NCBI GenBank assembly: GCA_951406725.2
Contig: OX597815.1
Coordinates: 11,036,001-11,100,000, forward strand
Reading direction: 5' to 3'
From: Octopus vulgaris
Lineage: Eukaryota
DNA: 64,000 nucleotides
Position numbers and translations under genes: made by a program. Under the pieces are notes generated by a model, which worked only from the letters and a program-made list of their open reading frames with translations, was not told the DNA's origin and searched no databases. Each line of letters opens with the position of its first letter. Position 1 is the first letter of the stretch. Of the stretch, positions 1 through 12,522 are shown one piece after another.

Positions 1-37
<37 letters not shown>

Positions 38-189
38 ATTTTATTTGTTAGGGAAAAAAATTCCGGCATAACAGGGGTTCAAATTATTCTCAATGAAGAA
101 ATATATATTTTCATTTAGAGATAGTAGGCCCCTTCATCTCACCATATAAAAAAGAATTTTTATTTTAAATACTTACTATTTTATAACTT

Positions 190-284
190 GGCTACACGTG
201 TTTCATGAGGTACATTCACCGGTTCTTAAACCACTCCGTGTTTTGCTGGAATCCTTCTTAAAATGTGACCCCAATCATCAGGCC
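190..284 (-). ncRNA. Type I hammerhead ribozyme motif (left arm)
   Basis: Minus strand: GGC-CUGAUGA-UUGGGGUCACAUU...AAUGUACCUCAU-GAAA-CACGUG-UA-GCC; stem I ggc/gcc, palindromic stem III ACACGUGU, GUA site. Confidence 0.8.
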
Positions 285-1262
285 CTTTTATCACTTTATC
301 ATCGTTCAATACTATAAACTATATTTTAATTTTTTAAAACCCATAAGTATGTGTAAAATAAGTACGTGTAAATTTGGTTCGCTAGACCCTACAGTACAAG
401 CCATAATTCAGATAAAAATTCAAATAAAAAATTACAAAAATAAAATAAGAAAAAAATACGAAAAATTTACAAAATCTATGTTAGTAATATATAGGGTTAA
501 AAATAAACTATATACTTGTGATAATATAAAATGATATAAAATGAAAGGAATTGCAAAAAAATATATACGAATAAAAATAAAAGGGATGGGAAGAAAAATA
601 TATACGAATAAAGATACTAATAAACATGGAAGCAATGATGAATAAAGATTTTCGAATAAAAGCTATAGTACAAGTTACGAACTGCAAAATTTACAAGCGA
701 TACGAATGATAACTTCTAAAAAATAAAATATACTAAAAGTAACTTGATGGTAACGTAAAGGAAAATATACAATTCACCGATGGCTCCATTATCATACAAT
801 CGGTGAATTGTATATTTTCTTTTACGTTACCATCAATTTATTTTTATTTTATTTTATTTTATTTTTTGAAGTTATCATTCGTATTGCTTGTAAATTTTGC
901 AGTTCATAACTTGTACTATAGCATTTATTCGAAAATCTTTATTCATCATTGCTTCTATGTTTATTAGTATCTTTATTCGTATATATTTTTATGCCATTCC
1001 TTTCATTTTATATCATTTTATATTATCACAAGTATATATTTTATTTTTAACTCTATATATTACTAACATAGATTTTGTAAATTTTTCGTATTTTTTTCTT
1101 ATTTTATTTTTGTAATTTTTTATTTGAATTTTTATCTGAATTATGGCTTGTACTGTAGGGTCCAGCGAACCTGATTTACACGTACCTATTTTACACAAAC
1201 TTATGGGTTTTAAAAGATTAAAATATAGTTTATAGTATTGAACGATGATAAAGTGATATAAG

Positions 1263-1357
1263 GGCCTGATGATTGGGGTCACATTTTAAGAAGGGTTCCA
1301 GCAAAACACGGAGTGGTTTAGGAACCGGGAAATGTACCTCATGAAAAATGAGTAGCC
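1263..1357 (+). ncRNA. Hammerhead motif, mirror copy with mutated stem III
   Basis: ggc-ctgatga...cctcat-gaaa-aatgag-ta-gcc. Confidence 0.65.
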
Positions 1358-1438
1358 AAGTTATAAAATAGTAAGTATTTAAAATAAAAACTCTTTTTTA
1401 TATGGTGAGATGAAGGGGCCTACTATCTCTAAATGAAA

Positions 1439-1513
<75 letters not shown>

Positions 1514-1605
1514 GTCTGTCTGTACGCCTGTCAGTTTGTCTGCCTGCCTTGTACACCTGCCTGCCTGTTTGCTAGTCTGTCTGTCTGTCTATCTACCTAC
1601 CTATC
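1439..1605. repeat. (TATC)n/(TCTG)n microsatellite
   Basis: Direct reading. Confidence 0.95.
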
Positions 1606-1735
1606 TATATATTTTTTTGTTCATGCATTCTCTATGATGCACCTCTGTCAGTCATATACCCGCTGTCCAGATTCATTACATATTATCACTGCTTCATTTT
1701 TTACTCACATTTACCCATGGATTATGATAGCTTTC

Positions 1736-2118
1736 GGAGGCGCAATGGCCCAGTGGTTAGAGCAGCGGACTCGCGGTCATAGGATCGTGGTTTCGATTCC
1801 AAGACCGGGCGTTGTGAGTGTTTATTGAGCGTAAACACCTAAAGCTCCACGATGCTCCGGCAGGGGATGGTGGTGATCCCTGCTGTACTCTTTCACCACA
1901 ACTTTCTCTCACTCTTACTTCCTGTTTCTGTTGTACCTGTATTTCAAAGGGCCGGCCTTGTCACTCTCTGTGTAACGCTGAATATCCCCGAGAACTACGT
2001 TAAGGGTGCACGTGTCTGTGGAGTGCTCAGCCACTTACACGTTAATTTCACGAGCAAGCTGTTCCGTTGATTCGGATCAACTGGAACCCTCGTCGTCGTA
2101 ACCGACGGAGTGCTTCTC
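1736..2118 (+). mobile_element. tRNA(Arg)-derived SINE family A (similar to octopus OR-type SINEs), full length
   Basis: A-box tggcccagtgg, B-box ggtttcgattcc, anticodon-like tcg; TSD tatgatagc(t/c)ttc at 1723-1735 and 2119-2131. Confidence 0.9.
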
Positions 2119-3889
2119 TATGATAGCCTTCAGCGAATTTACTTTCCCTTATCTAATATGTCAACCAACGAAAACAGCCATCTTTTTCCCACTGCTGTGA
2201 AAAAATCCTTCCTGGTATTTCTCCTTACTTTTCATTTTTGATTTCTTGATCTTCTATTCTTCTAAATTGTTTTTCTTTTTTAAATTCACCGCCTACCTTG
2301 TATGTTACCGTCTTCCACTATTCCTATTGTGGTCTTCGGATCTAGTCTATTTAACCTTATCGGACGCCTATTGTCACCCATCATCTGCACCCGTCAAGCA
2401 CAATCCCATTTTTACCATTGTGTAAGTTTGACAATGTTATCATTTTTTACTTTTTCTGAAATTCATTTTGTTGATTCATGATATCTCCTCATTACTCTAA
2501 ATATAATGCGTTCATGTCTATATTTAGCTGTTCTTAGCTTGTCTGTATTTTTTGTCAGTTTCTACGTTTTTATATCATATAAAATTTGCAGGATGATGCA
2601 TTGGTTGTTAACTGACCTAATATTGACCTTCAATTGCTGGCCTGCCTACATTAGAAAAAGTTCCATCACTACGGTATTTATCAATGCTGTTTACGCCATC
2701 TTCTGTCATAGACCTGTTGACACAAAATTTTCCTTATCGAATAACAAATCACTATATGTCACAATATATTCACACTGCCTACCAATTTCCATATAGATTA
2801 TTCCGAAGAAAATGCAAGCAACAATACAACTAACAAACAACAGTAACAAACGAAGAAGACAATATTGAAATGAGGCAGTATCTTGTCGGTTTTTCACACG
2901 TCGTATCACAATTGTGGTTCTCCTTATGTCTGCGAGAAACGCTTAATGCTATGAAAAATGCAAGCTAACTTCTACGCCGCCACTCCATCCTACGCAAATT
3001 ACAAGCAAAATTCCTTACACCAAACTTTATCGTCTTTAATAAAGAAAGAACACATTTGGTAATGCATTCTTAGATTCGCAATTCTCCCAGTGAAGGATTG
3101 CTGAATTATTGCTGAAACATCTTCAGTCTTGGGTTTTCTCACTCAGATCTTACCTGGGACTAAAGAACAGCTATACAATGTTACTTTTCTAATTGTCGTA
3201 ACCATCCCGTCCTGTTGATAGATATAATATATCTAGGATTACCTTATCTAGTGTGTTTTACCTTGTGTAAATGTAGGTCTACTCTCATTCAACAACATTG
3301 ATCAAAAGTGTTCCAGATGTGGCCATCGCCGTGCCTTCAAACTTATTGTATCTATTACTACATTATGTAATGTCTGAGTCCTAGTTTATGTTTTGTATCA
3401 GGCCAACTTTAACCAAGTAGATCTGTGATCAACGGCGTTCCAGCCATGATAACACCATCATTTATTCAGAGAAGGTATTAAAATATATATTATCCAATGT
3501 GTTTTTCCCTATTTTTAAAACGGTGTGGAATCATTTGAGAGTTTAGGAAAGATTCGGTTGCTAATTCTAGCATATCGAGCTACCCGACAGAAACTTCTTC
3601 CTTGGTTCAATTATATTTCTAGACATATTTATCACCAGTATTATCGTTAGTGTTTTTGTTTTGCTGCAGGTGAACGCTGATCGAACAAACTTATCGTCAA
3701 AAGCATTCCGGCTACGATTATCCCGTCTGTTCGACTCTCCAGGTTTATATTAAATACTAACACGATCTTTCCTTTTGAAAGACAGATGAGGAATATGGGA
3801 GGTGATAATTGCTATATTTAGAAAGTAATTCGATCATGTAAAGGCTTCCTCGTGTTTTGATATCATTAATGTTTGGTGTTTATACAATT

Positions 3890-4020
3890 TAGTTCAAATT
3901 CCGCCGTGGTCAACTTTGCCTTTCATCTTTTCGGGGTCGATTAAATAAGCATCAGTTACGCACTGGGATCGATGTAATCAACTTGATCCATTCCTCCAAA
4001 TTTGAGGTCTTGTGCTTCCA
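3890..4020 (+). mobile_element. SINE family C fragment (Deu/Nin-like core)
   Basis: gcctttcatcttttcggggtcgattaaataag. Confidence 0.8.
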
Positions 4021-4219
4021 AATTTGAGGTCTTGTTTGGTGTTTAAATGTGTCTAACAGGGATTATAGAGATTTTTGAAAAGTTTTTCTTTTAGGTAAAT
4101 TCAGTGATTTTTTTTTGTCATTTGGTGACAAGTAATTAGCAAACTAACTCATTAAGAAAATCTTTATCATTAGCATTACTTCTCAGATAAGTAATTTATA
4201 TTGGTATATATATATGTAT

Positions 4220-4779
4220 AAAAATTATTTATAAAAAATACAAAATGGGACAAGAACGCAAAACACACAAAGAGACGACACAAAAAACGGACGGGTCATT
4301 CGAAGCCTCTAATCTTCAGTCAGGAACCGGATCATCTTCGCAATTTCGGTTGATTAATCCTGAGATCGCTCCGATCCGGCCAGCCCCAAGGAAAAACTAA
4401 GCTACGAGCATTAGATTTCTTGGAAAAAGGATCGAATGTATACGAAACAAGGACAGAAAAACGGACGATGCCACACGAATATAAATACAAAAAATAAAAA
4501 TAAAAAACAAGAATAGTAATAACAGGACAAAATCAGCGGGTGTCTTACGACTTTAGACAGTTTAACTTATCTTAGCTGGTATTGTCGGTATTGTCGTGGC
4601 GGCGGTCAAAGGCCGAAAGGCTAGTTGACCAGCGGTCACGTGAGAGGAGAGAAGAAGAGAGAGAAAAACAGGGGGCAAAGGAATCAAAGAGAGAGAGAGA
4701 AAAAAGAGGGACGAAGGCACCAGGGGGGGGGGAGAAAGAAGGAATTAAAGAGGGGAGAAGAAACAGAGTGTGTCAAGGG

Positions 4780-4785
<6 letters not shown>
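4220..4785 (-). mobile_element. PLE pseudo-LTR-like fragment between (TA)n runs, with degenerate HHR-like cores
   Basis: Minus ctgaaga...cttcgaa (4300-4319) and ctcagga...ccgaaa (4344-4364); T-rich 3' end like 41920-42125 and 62526-62690. Confidence 0.45.
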
Positions 4786-4819
<34 letters not shown>

Positions 4820-5460
4820 ACATTATTCTGATCTTCATTTGACAACTATGAGCAATGCTTTCCAGGAACAATACCCGTAATTTATAACTTTACTCTTCAT
4901 CGATATTCTTTGCTAACAGCCCAAGACGGTATTGTGTGCTTTCTTGAATATTTACAGAAATCCATTATGTCTACATATTTTCCTGCGATTCGTTAATATT
5001 TCATCAGCCATCGAGTACATAAATGAATCTTAAATTTGAAGTTACCAGCAGTGTAGTAGTTTAAGTTGTTTGATAGTAGTGAGTTGGAAAAGTTAGTTGT
5101 TTTATGTAGAAGAAAACCTTAATATTCTTTCCGTAAAAGTAACCTATGTCAAAGGATTTTGCACCGAAATGGTGGCGCCAACATGGTCGAACCAAATTAG
5201 TAGCTCTGTCTAATATATTTTGGTAAGTATTCCACACTACATTCCGTCTAAGCTCTGATAATAGAGCAGCGGAATTTTTTTTCGCACTTTCATTATCTCG
5301 AGTCAAAATTTCCCGGGGAGGTAAACGTAGTCATCTCGTTTATTCTATTGAAAGTATTGAAAAAGAACACAATAAAAAGTAAAACATTGCAGAAAATTAA
5401 TCCTTTACTATTTTTCTAAATATAGCAATCAATTCTGAAGTATATTAGTACCGTTGATAT

Positions 5461-5842
5461 GGAAGCACTCCGTCGGTTACGACGACGAGGATTCCAGTTT
5501 ATCCGAATCAACGGAACAGCTTGCTCTTGAAATTAACGTGTAAGTGGTTGAGCACTCCACAGACACGTGTACCCTTAACGTAGTTCCCGGGGATATTCAG
5601 CGTGACACAGAGAGTGACAAGGCCGGCCCTTTGAAATACAGGTACAACAGAAACAGGAAGTAAGAGTGAGAGAAAGTTGTGGTGAAAGAGTACAGCAGGG
5701 ATCACCACCATCCCCTGCCGGAGCCTCGTGGAGCCTTAGGTGTTTTCGCTCAATAAACACTCACAACGCCCGGTCTGGGAATCGAAACCGCGATCCTATG
5801 ACCGCGAGTCCGTTGCCCTAACCACTGGGCCATTGCGCCTTC
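5461..5842 (-). mobile_element. SINE family A, full length
   Basis: Reverse complement of 1736-2118; TSD taccgttgatat. Confidence 0.9.
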
Positions 5843-5999
5843 GCTACCGTTGATATACATATAAGAGAAGTCCATTCATCTACTCAATCTATTAATCTTG
5901 ATTGTGTTTTAAATTGTTCTGCAAACTTTCGTGTTGAGTGAAATTTATTATCCAGTTGATATCTCAAGTCAACAAGATAGTTCACGAATTAGATAAATT

Positions 6000-6294
6000 T
6001 TACGGCTTCTTCAGAGCGAACTGTCTGAGGCTACCTAACGGAATATAACATTAAGCAGAGGTGGACGAAGATAATATAACGCTATATATTATAGGGCTTT
6101 TACAAAAGTATGCAAACACTTAGACAGAAAAAAAAAACATAAAAAAGACGTCAGAAAAAGAAGGAAAGAAAAAGAGTAAGAAGAATATTTAATCAAACAG
6201 TTTTATATAAATTTGATGATATTCTGTCATCTTATTCATTCTTCCAGGGCGTGATGTTAATAACCCGCAAACATATTTCTCTTCATACATTCTG
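6000..6294 (-). mobile_element. Penelope-like 3' fragment (end of GIY-YIG ORF plus 3' region)
   Basis: 6175-6294 closely matches 10200-10320; RMYEEKYVCGLLTSRPGRMN. Confidence 0.75.
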
Positions 6295-6301
6295 CGCACA
6301 C

Positions 6302-6361
<60 letters not shown>

Positions 6362-6661
6362 ACACACACACGAATTTTACTACTTAGATGAATATAATTA
6401 ATTTCCCTACTTTATCAGCTCTTTTTTTTTCTCCACTTCAATGACAGATAATTGTATTAGACGATACTTAACTCTTTTGTAAGCTGCTATATTCCTAAGA
6501 TGGTGAGCTGGCGGAATCATTAGCAGTTTACGCAAAATAATTAGCAGCGTTTGTTCTGGCTGTTTACATCCCGAGTTCAACTACTTATAATTTCATTTTT
6601 AACACCTTACAAATCTCTTTCCTCATTCTAGGTTGGTATCAAAAAGGTCCCGGACTAGATA

Positions 6662-6866
6662 TACTCTTTTTACTCTTTTACTTGTTTCAGTCAGTTGACT
6701 GCGGCCATGCTGGAGCACCGCCTTTAGTCGAGCAAATCGACCCCGGGACTTATTCTTTGTAAGCCCAGTACTCATTCTATCGGTCTCCTTTTGCCGAACC
6801 GCTAAGTGACGGGGACGTAAACACACCAGCATCAGTTGTCAAGCAATGCTAGAGGGACAAACACAG

Positions 6867-6901
<35 letters not shown>

Positions 6902-7240
6902 CATATATACGACAGGCTTCTTTCAGTTTCCGTCTACCAAATCCACTCACAAGGCATTGGTCGACCCGGGGCTATAGCAGAAGACACTTGCCCAAGATGC
7001 CACGCAGTGGGACTGAACCCGGAACCATGTGGTTGGTTAGCAAGCTACTTACCACACAGCCACTTCTGCGCCTATGACGGGCTTCTTTCAGTTTCCGTCT
7101 ACGAAATCCGCTCACAAGGCATTGGTCGGCCCGGGGCTATAGCAGAAGACACTTGCCCAAGATGCCACACAGTGGGACTGAACCCGGAACCATGTGGTTG
7201 GTTAGCAAGCTACTTACCACACAGCCACTCCTGCGCCTAT
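6662..7240 (-). mobile_element. SINE family B (tRNA head plus CORE-like ccttgggcaagtg) with duplicated 5' head
   Basis: Homologous to 54852-55289; ~165-bp head tandemly repeated (6911-7075, 7076-7240). Confidence 0.85.
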
Positions 7241-7284
7241 GTTTAATAAAAAATAACTTATTTACCTAAGTTTTCACATCATCA

Positions 7285-8010
7285 TTTCCTTCGAAATAGT
7301 AAACTTGCGGAGCTGCGTTTTGATCTTGGGGAAGAGATAGAAGTCCACAGGTGCTAAATCTGGCGAACAGGGTGGGTGTTGAAGCAATACTATGTTGTTT
7401 TTGGTGAGAAACTCACGAGCTCGGAGAACTCGGTGGCAGGATGTGGTGGAAGCACTCCGTCGGTTACGACGATGAGGGTTCCGGTTGATCCGAATCAACG
7501 GAACAGCCTGATCGTGAAATTAACGTATAAATGGCTGAGAACTCCACAGACACGTGCACCCCTTAACGTAGTTCTCGGGGATATTCAGCGTGACACAGAG
7601 AGTGACAAGGCCGGCCCCTTTGAAATACAGGTACAACAGAAACAGGAAGTAAGAGTGAGAGAAAGTTGTGGTGAAAGAGTACAGCAGGGATCACCACCAT
7701 CCCCTGTCGGAGCCTCGTGGAGCTTTAGGTGTTTTCGCTCAATAAACACTCACAACGCCCGGTCTGGGAATCGAAACCGCGATCCTATGACCGCAAGTCC
7801 GCTGCCCTAACCACTGGGCCATTGCGCCTCCGGCAGGATGTATTGTCATCGTGAAAAGTCCAATTGTTCGCGCTCCACAGATCATGTCGGTTTCACCGAA
7901 TATCTTCCTCCCTCAGACGCTTCAAAACGTCGAAGTAAAACTCTCGATTGAAGAATCCTCAATGCACAATACCGCAGATGTAAAAAGAAGAAAAAAAACC
8001 GATGTGCATG
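7285..8010 (-). pseudogene. Mariner (D,D34D) transposase remnant split by a SINE
   Basis: Rejoined peptide WTFHDDNTSCHRVLRAREFLTKNNIVLLQHPPCSPDLAPVDFYLFPK; 34 residues between the catalytic Ds. Confidence 0.85.
7445..7831 (-). mobile_element. SINE family A inserted in the mariner remnant
   Basis: 10-bp TSD ggcaggatgt at 7435-7444 and 7832-7841. Confidence 0.92.
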
Positions 8011-8129
8011 CTCTTGACTGTTTATTAAATATATTGAATATATACGCAGTATTGATCTTGAGTTGTAAATTCTATAAATGCAGATATAATGATCTAGTGT
8101 TATGTTATGTATATTTATAATGTAGGAAA

Positions 8130-8620
8130 GATTTATATTTAAAATGATGACATCTTATGATTAGTTCCTCATGCCGATTAATCACTTTTGATTTAGTTTT
8201 ACTAATTTTATTAATGTGGAATACCTCAAATACACAGGGCCCACATCATCTACCGCCACATTTATACCGTAGTGTATTATATACAATAGACCAACCAATT
8301 TTATATTCAATATTTTTATCTGTGCGAGAATGTATGAATTTAGCTAGAGATGTATTATTAGCATTTTCTTTATATCTAAATGTATATGTGTGATTATTCA
8401 ATCGAAGTTTGAATGAGGGAGAGGATGCACCAATGTAGAGATGTTCTTTACGAGGGGCAGTTCTAGAGAAATTATATGCTATATTTTCTCTGAGGCATTG
8501 GTTATTAATGGAACACATGGATTTATTTCGACAGTTACAAAATGTAGAATTTTCTAGATTATTAGTAGGTGTAATAAGTTCAGCTACATTATTAGTAATA
8601 ATATTGTTACTGGAATGTCT
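8130..8620 (-). pseudogene. Penelope-like (Nematis-type) GIY-YIG endonuclease remnant
   Basis: CNCRNK...NQCL...LYIGASSPSFKLRLNNH...TSLAKFIH...WSIV. Confidence 0.8.
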
Positions 8621-8624
8621 TGCT

Positions 8625-9207
8625 ACTGGCAAAGGTTTGCGCTTATACCACTTGTTGGAACAAGCTAACCCATATTTCTTGCAGATATCCCAGTGTATAG
8701 GCACTGCTACTCTGTCGTGGTGCTTTTTGTACTCCTTTTGGGCTTGTTTTGAGCATCCACTAATTAAATGTCAAACTGTCTCAGATGATTTTCGACATAG
8801 TCTACAGAAAGGTAACACTGTTGTCATATTAATGCTACACTTGATTGAATTATTTCGTGAAGCTTGTTCTTGAGCAGTAAATATCAATCCTCCGGTCTCC
8901 TTAAAAAATCAACGACTTAACCATCTCCAGGATTCTTCATCAGTTTCATCCGATGCTTGTTGGGAAAAGTCTCCTTGTAGAACTTTCTCTCTATAGTTGA
9001 TGAGCTTTTATTTATTAGTCCTCATATTGCAACACTGATTACCTTCTCCCTCAGTGTTGCCTGCAACATCCTTTCATCACTGTTCCTCAAATAGGTAGGC
9101 AAAAACTTGTTCTCTTTCACAACTTTATCTTCTCTTCCAATCATTTCACTTCCATCTTCCTTACTAGATAAGTATAGTCTTGCTCCTTTACTTCCTGTAT
9201 GAAGGCG
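8625..9207 (-). pseudogene. R4/Dong-type non-LTR retrotransposon C-terminal remnant
   Basis: CRLCRKSSETV...ISGC...KEYKKHHDRVA, IHWDICKKYGLACSNKWY (CCHC knuckle region). Confidence 0.75.
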
Positions 9208-9211
9208 CCCA

Positions 9212-9237
9212 TAGTAGTAGTAGTAGTAGTAATGATG

Positions 9238-9310
<73 letters not shown>

Positions 9311-9311
9311 G

Positions 9312-9340
<29 letters not shown>
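9212..9340. repeat. (AAT)n microsatellite
   Basis: Direct reading. Confidence 0.95.
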
Positions 9341-9342
<2 letters not shown>

Positions 9343-9897
9343 GCCCTGATGCAGTACCAGGCAGTGGCTCTCATGGCTTCTGATCTTAACTGATTGGAAG
9401 TGCTATCATGTACATTGTTTTGTCTTGGTATAAAAGATGAGCTACAGCAAATATTCTGCTCAATACCACAGATTTGCTTGTCAGTTGTTTGACCTTAACC
9501 AGTTGAGCATGTCCCTTAGTGGCTGACGATATATGCATCTCTGATCACGAGCAGAAGTAGTGGGGGAGCATCATAGCCATGTGTTGAGAGGGATTCTTTG
9601 GGGTTTGAATAGTTCACCTCTGGAAACATGGGTGGTTCTTTCAACATCCTTAAACAACCCTTATTCAGGGACCTTTTGAGCGGGATGGGCTACTCAACCC
9701 GAAGAAAATTCTAACTGGGCCCCACCTGCAAGGTCATGCGCTGTTTATCTTGATATGAGATCACCATGTCGCGCACATATGGTTGTGATACATGTGCCTG
9801 GTGTACCCTTATCAGACGGGTAGTCATGATGGGTATATTGGGCTTCGTATATTTTACCCCAGTGTCACTTTGATGGCATGCACTGCTCTCTCACTCA
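9341..9897. mobile_element. Unclassified ~560-bp insert flanked on both sides by (AAT)n
   Basis: Higher GC block with sharp borders at (AAT)n; no ORF. Confidence 0.45.
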
Positions 9898-9924
9898 ATA
9901 ATAATAATAATAATAATAATAATC

Positions 9925-12041
9925 AAGACGAAGAGCGCGATTTGGTTGTAAGATATTTTATTAGTTGAACGACATTTCAACAGTACGACATTTCAACAGT
10001 CAAGTTCAAAATACGAATTAATAACTATTCAAAATTACAGAAAATTTAAACGTAAAGTATGAACGAGATCAATCAGCGTCCATACGTTGATGGAATGACA
10101 TCATCAGTTTTTAAGTTAAAATCTTATAACAGGCGAAAAGAAAAAGACAGGAAAAAGAACAGAAAAAAGAAGACGACAGGAAAAAAGAAAAGAAAAGGAG
10201 AGAAAGAAGAATATTTAATCAAACAGCTTTGGATAAATTTGATGATATTCTATCATCTTATTCATTCTTCCAGGGCGTGATGTTAATATCCTGCAAACAT
10301 ATTTCTCCTCATACATTCTGAGAAGTGAAAGTGAAGCAGATTCAGAATATTTTCTCGAGAATATGCATTTTCAAGTCTTCTTCAAAATTGCAGCCGCTTG
10401 AAACGAAATGTTCAGCAAGTTCTGTCGGACTACTGTTATTGTGCCTAACGTCGAATCTGTGCCCATCAAACATTTCATTTAATTGTTCTGTTGTGCAACC
10501 AACATAAATTGTGTTTCGTGCATTCTGCAGCGTACACCAAATGGGAATCTTTACACGTTCCAAATTCTGCATAAATCATAACATGTCTATTAGGATTTCT
10601 GATGGAATTCACTTTACTCATGTTGTTGCATAATGAACAGGGCTTACCTTTCTTGCGGCGGTTTTTTAAGGTAAAGCGTGCAGATACTCCAATGTTCGTT
10701 TTCTTGGAGTCAGAAATAGAGGTCAATAATTCTTTTATGTTCTTATTCCGTCTAAAGGCTACAATAGGCGGTTGAGGAAATATCTGTTTGAAGCAAGGAT
10801 ATTTTTTCGCCACATGCTGGTAACTTTCATGCAACACTTTTGAAATACCAGCGAAATGTCAGTGCCAGTTAATCACTAAAAGAATTCTGTCATCTATTGT
10901 ATTGTGTTTGTTAAAATTATGCGTGAAGGTTTGACTATTCTTCGCTAATCTTAGCTATTTCATTTGCTATTTCCTTTAATCGTGATTCACTGTAACCGAG
11001 TTTGACATTATGACATACAAAAGCATTTGCATGTTTCCAGTAAACCCCTGTATCAGCACAAATTCCGTTTTATCCGAAAAAATTGGGAATTCGGATTTGA
11101 CCGAATAAGATGATGCGGAGGAAAGGAGCGGCGATGGAGATAAATATAGGATGACGTGGGCTTGCAAAATAACTCTGTCGCTATTCTGCCTCCAGAAAAC
11201 TTGCCTTTTGTGTCCAAAAATTCAACGCTGAAAAAACTAGACGTAAATTTTATGTTGGACTTAACGTCATAGTTTCTAGCATAACAGTCACAGAAATGCA
11301 AGACATCCATTAAAGTATCCTGTAATGCTTCCCAGACAAAAAATACGTCGTCAATGAACCGTAACCAGAGTATTGATTCATGACCATGAAGGGATTTGAA
11401 TGCCATCCGTAACTGTCTCGAATTTCGTCATGAAAACATTAGCGAAATTAACTGCCATGGGGGTACCCATGTCGCAACCCTTTGGTGGCAAAATATTTGT
11501 CTAAACTTCATTGTGTTACTTTCTAACACAAACCTCAATAATCTACAGAGAAAATTTGATGGAATACTTTTGTTTGACCGCTTTTCAAAGGCATCCATGC
11601 ATACTTCTACCCCTTCATTGTGGTCAATATTGGGATATAAGGAAGAAGCATCCATGGTTACCAAAAATCATCATTTCTCAATACGGCCTCGGTGCTTGAA
11701 AAAGTTGTTGATTTTAGATGCAAAATCAAAGGTATCCCGAATATAGGAACTTGATCGTTTTGCGACGGGGAGTAGGAAGCCATCCGGCCATTCCGAAATT
11801 TTGACCGTCAAACATTCATATCCGCTACAAATTGGGCGCATTGGGGGAAATCTTTCGAACTTTTTGTGTATTTTAGGGAAACCATAAAATACAGGTGTTC
11901 TCCTTTCTGTCCTTAAAATCTTAGATTCAGCCTTATTAACGAAATTGTTTTCCTCCATTCCCAGAATTATTTTGTCAAGTTCCTCTCTGTAATTGGGGTT
12001 TGGATCGACAGGTAATTCTTCATATGAAGTTTTGTCATTTA
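9925..12041 (-). pseudogene. Penelope-like retroelement (Neptune-type) RT + Zn linker + GIY-YIG, frameshifted and 5'-truncated
   Basis: FYGFPKIHK...PPMRPICS; TMDASSLYPNIDH; WLRFIDDVFFVW; KPT; PPIVAFRRNKNIKELL; KPCSLC; LVYAAEC...YVGCTT. Confidence 0.92.
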
Positions 12042-12289
12042 CTACAAAGATTAGGAGAAAATGAACTAAAAAAATGGAAAGCTACCAAAATAGGATACCG
12101 GGAAAGAATGCACAAATTTGAACAGAGAAAGACATGCTCCCTAACACGGAGTAAAGTCTTCCAGATCAAAACGATTTAATCGCGAAAAGGCTGTGGCTAT
12201 CCTTGTTAGAAATGAAGATTTTCTTAATAGCAAAAGAGTATGAACGTGACTACGCTCAGCACACGAAAAACAAAAAGCAGAACAAGAAT

Positions 12290-12522
12290 ACCTATTTCTT
12301 TATTACCCACAAAGGGCTAAACACAGAGAGGACAAACAAGGACAGACATAGGTACTAAGTCGATTACATCGACCCCAGTGCGTAACTGGTACTTAATTTA
12401 TCGACCCCGAAAGGATGAAAGGCAAAGTCGACCTCGGCGGAATTCGAACTCACAACGTAACGCAGACGAAATACCGCTAAGCATTTCGCCCGGCCTGCTA
12501 ACGTTTCTGCAAGCTCGCCGCC
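12290..12522 (-). mobile_element. SINE family C
   Basis: atcgaccccgaaaggatgaaaggcaaagtcgacc core. Confidence 0.88.

Larger units (their letters stand above)
33..1440 (-). mobile_element. Foldback non-autonomous element (PLE pseudo-LTR-like): arms ~107-781 and 799-1440, 17-nt loop, unpaired tail 33-106, between (TA)n and (TATC)n
   Basis: tttcatttagagatagtaggcccc (~108) mirrors ggggcctactatctctaaatgaaa (~1438); centre caattcaccgat / atcggtgaattg; mirrored ORFs 265+ and 1282- in the track. Confidence 0.9.

Noticed and set aside
265-1282. Paired 89-aa ORFs on opposite strands
   Set aside because: By-product of the palindrome; non-ATG start, AT-rich, no recognisable domain
1736-1810. tRNA gene
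   Set aside because: tRNA-like SINE head continuing into the SINE body, with TSDs
1818-2070. Recurrent ORFs MFIERKHLK.../MVVIPAVLF...
   Set aside because: Incidental frames inside SINE A copies
8246-8704. Single 152-aa gene
   Set aside because: Chance in-frame fusion of an R4 fragment and a PLE endonuclease fragment
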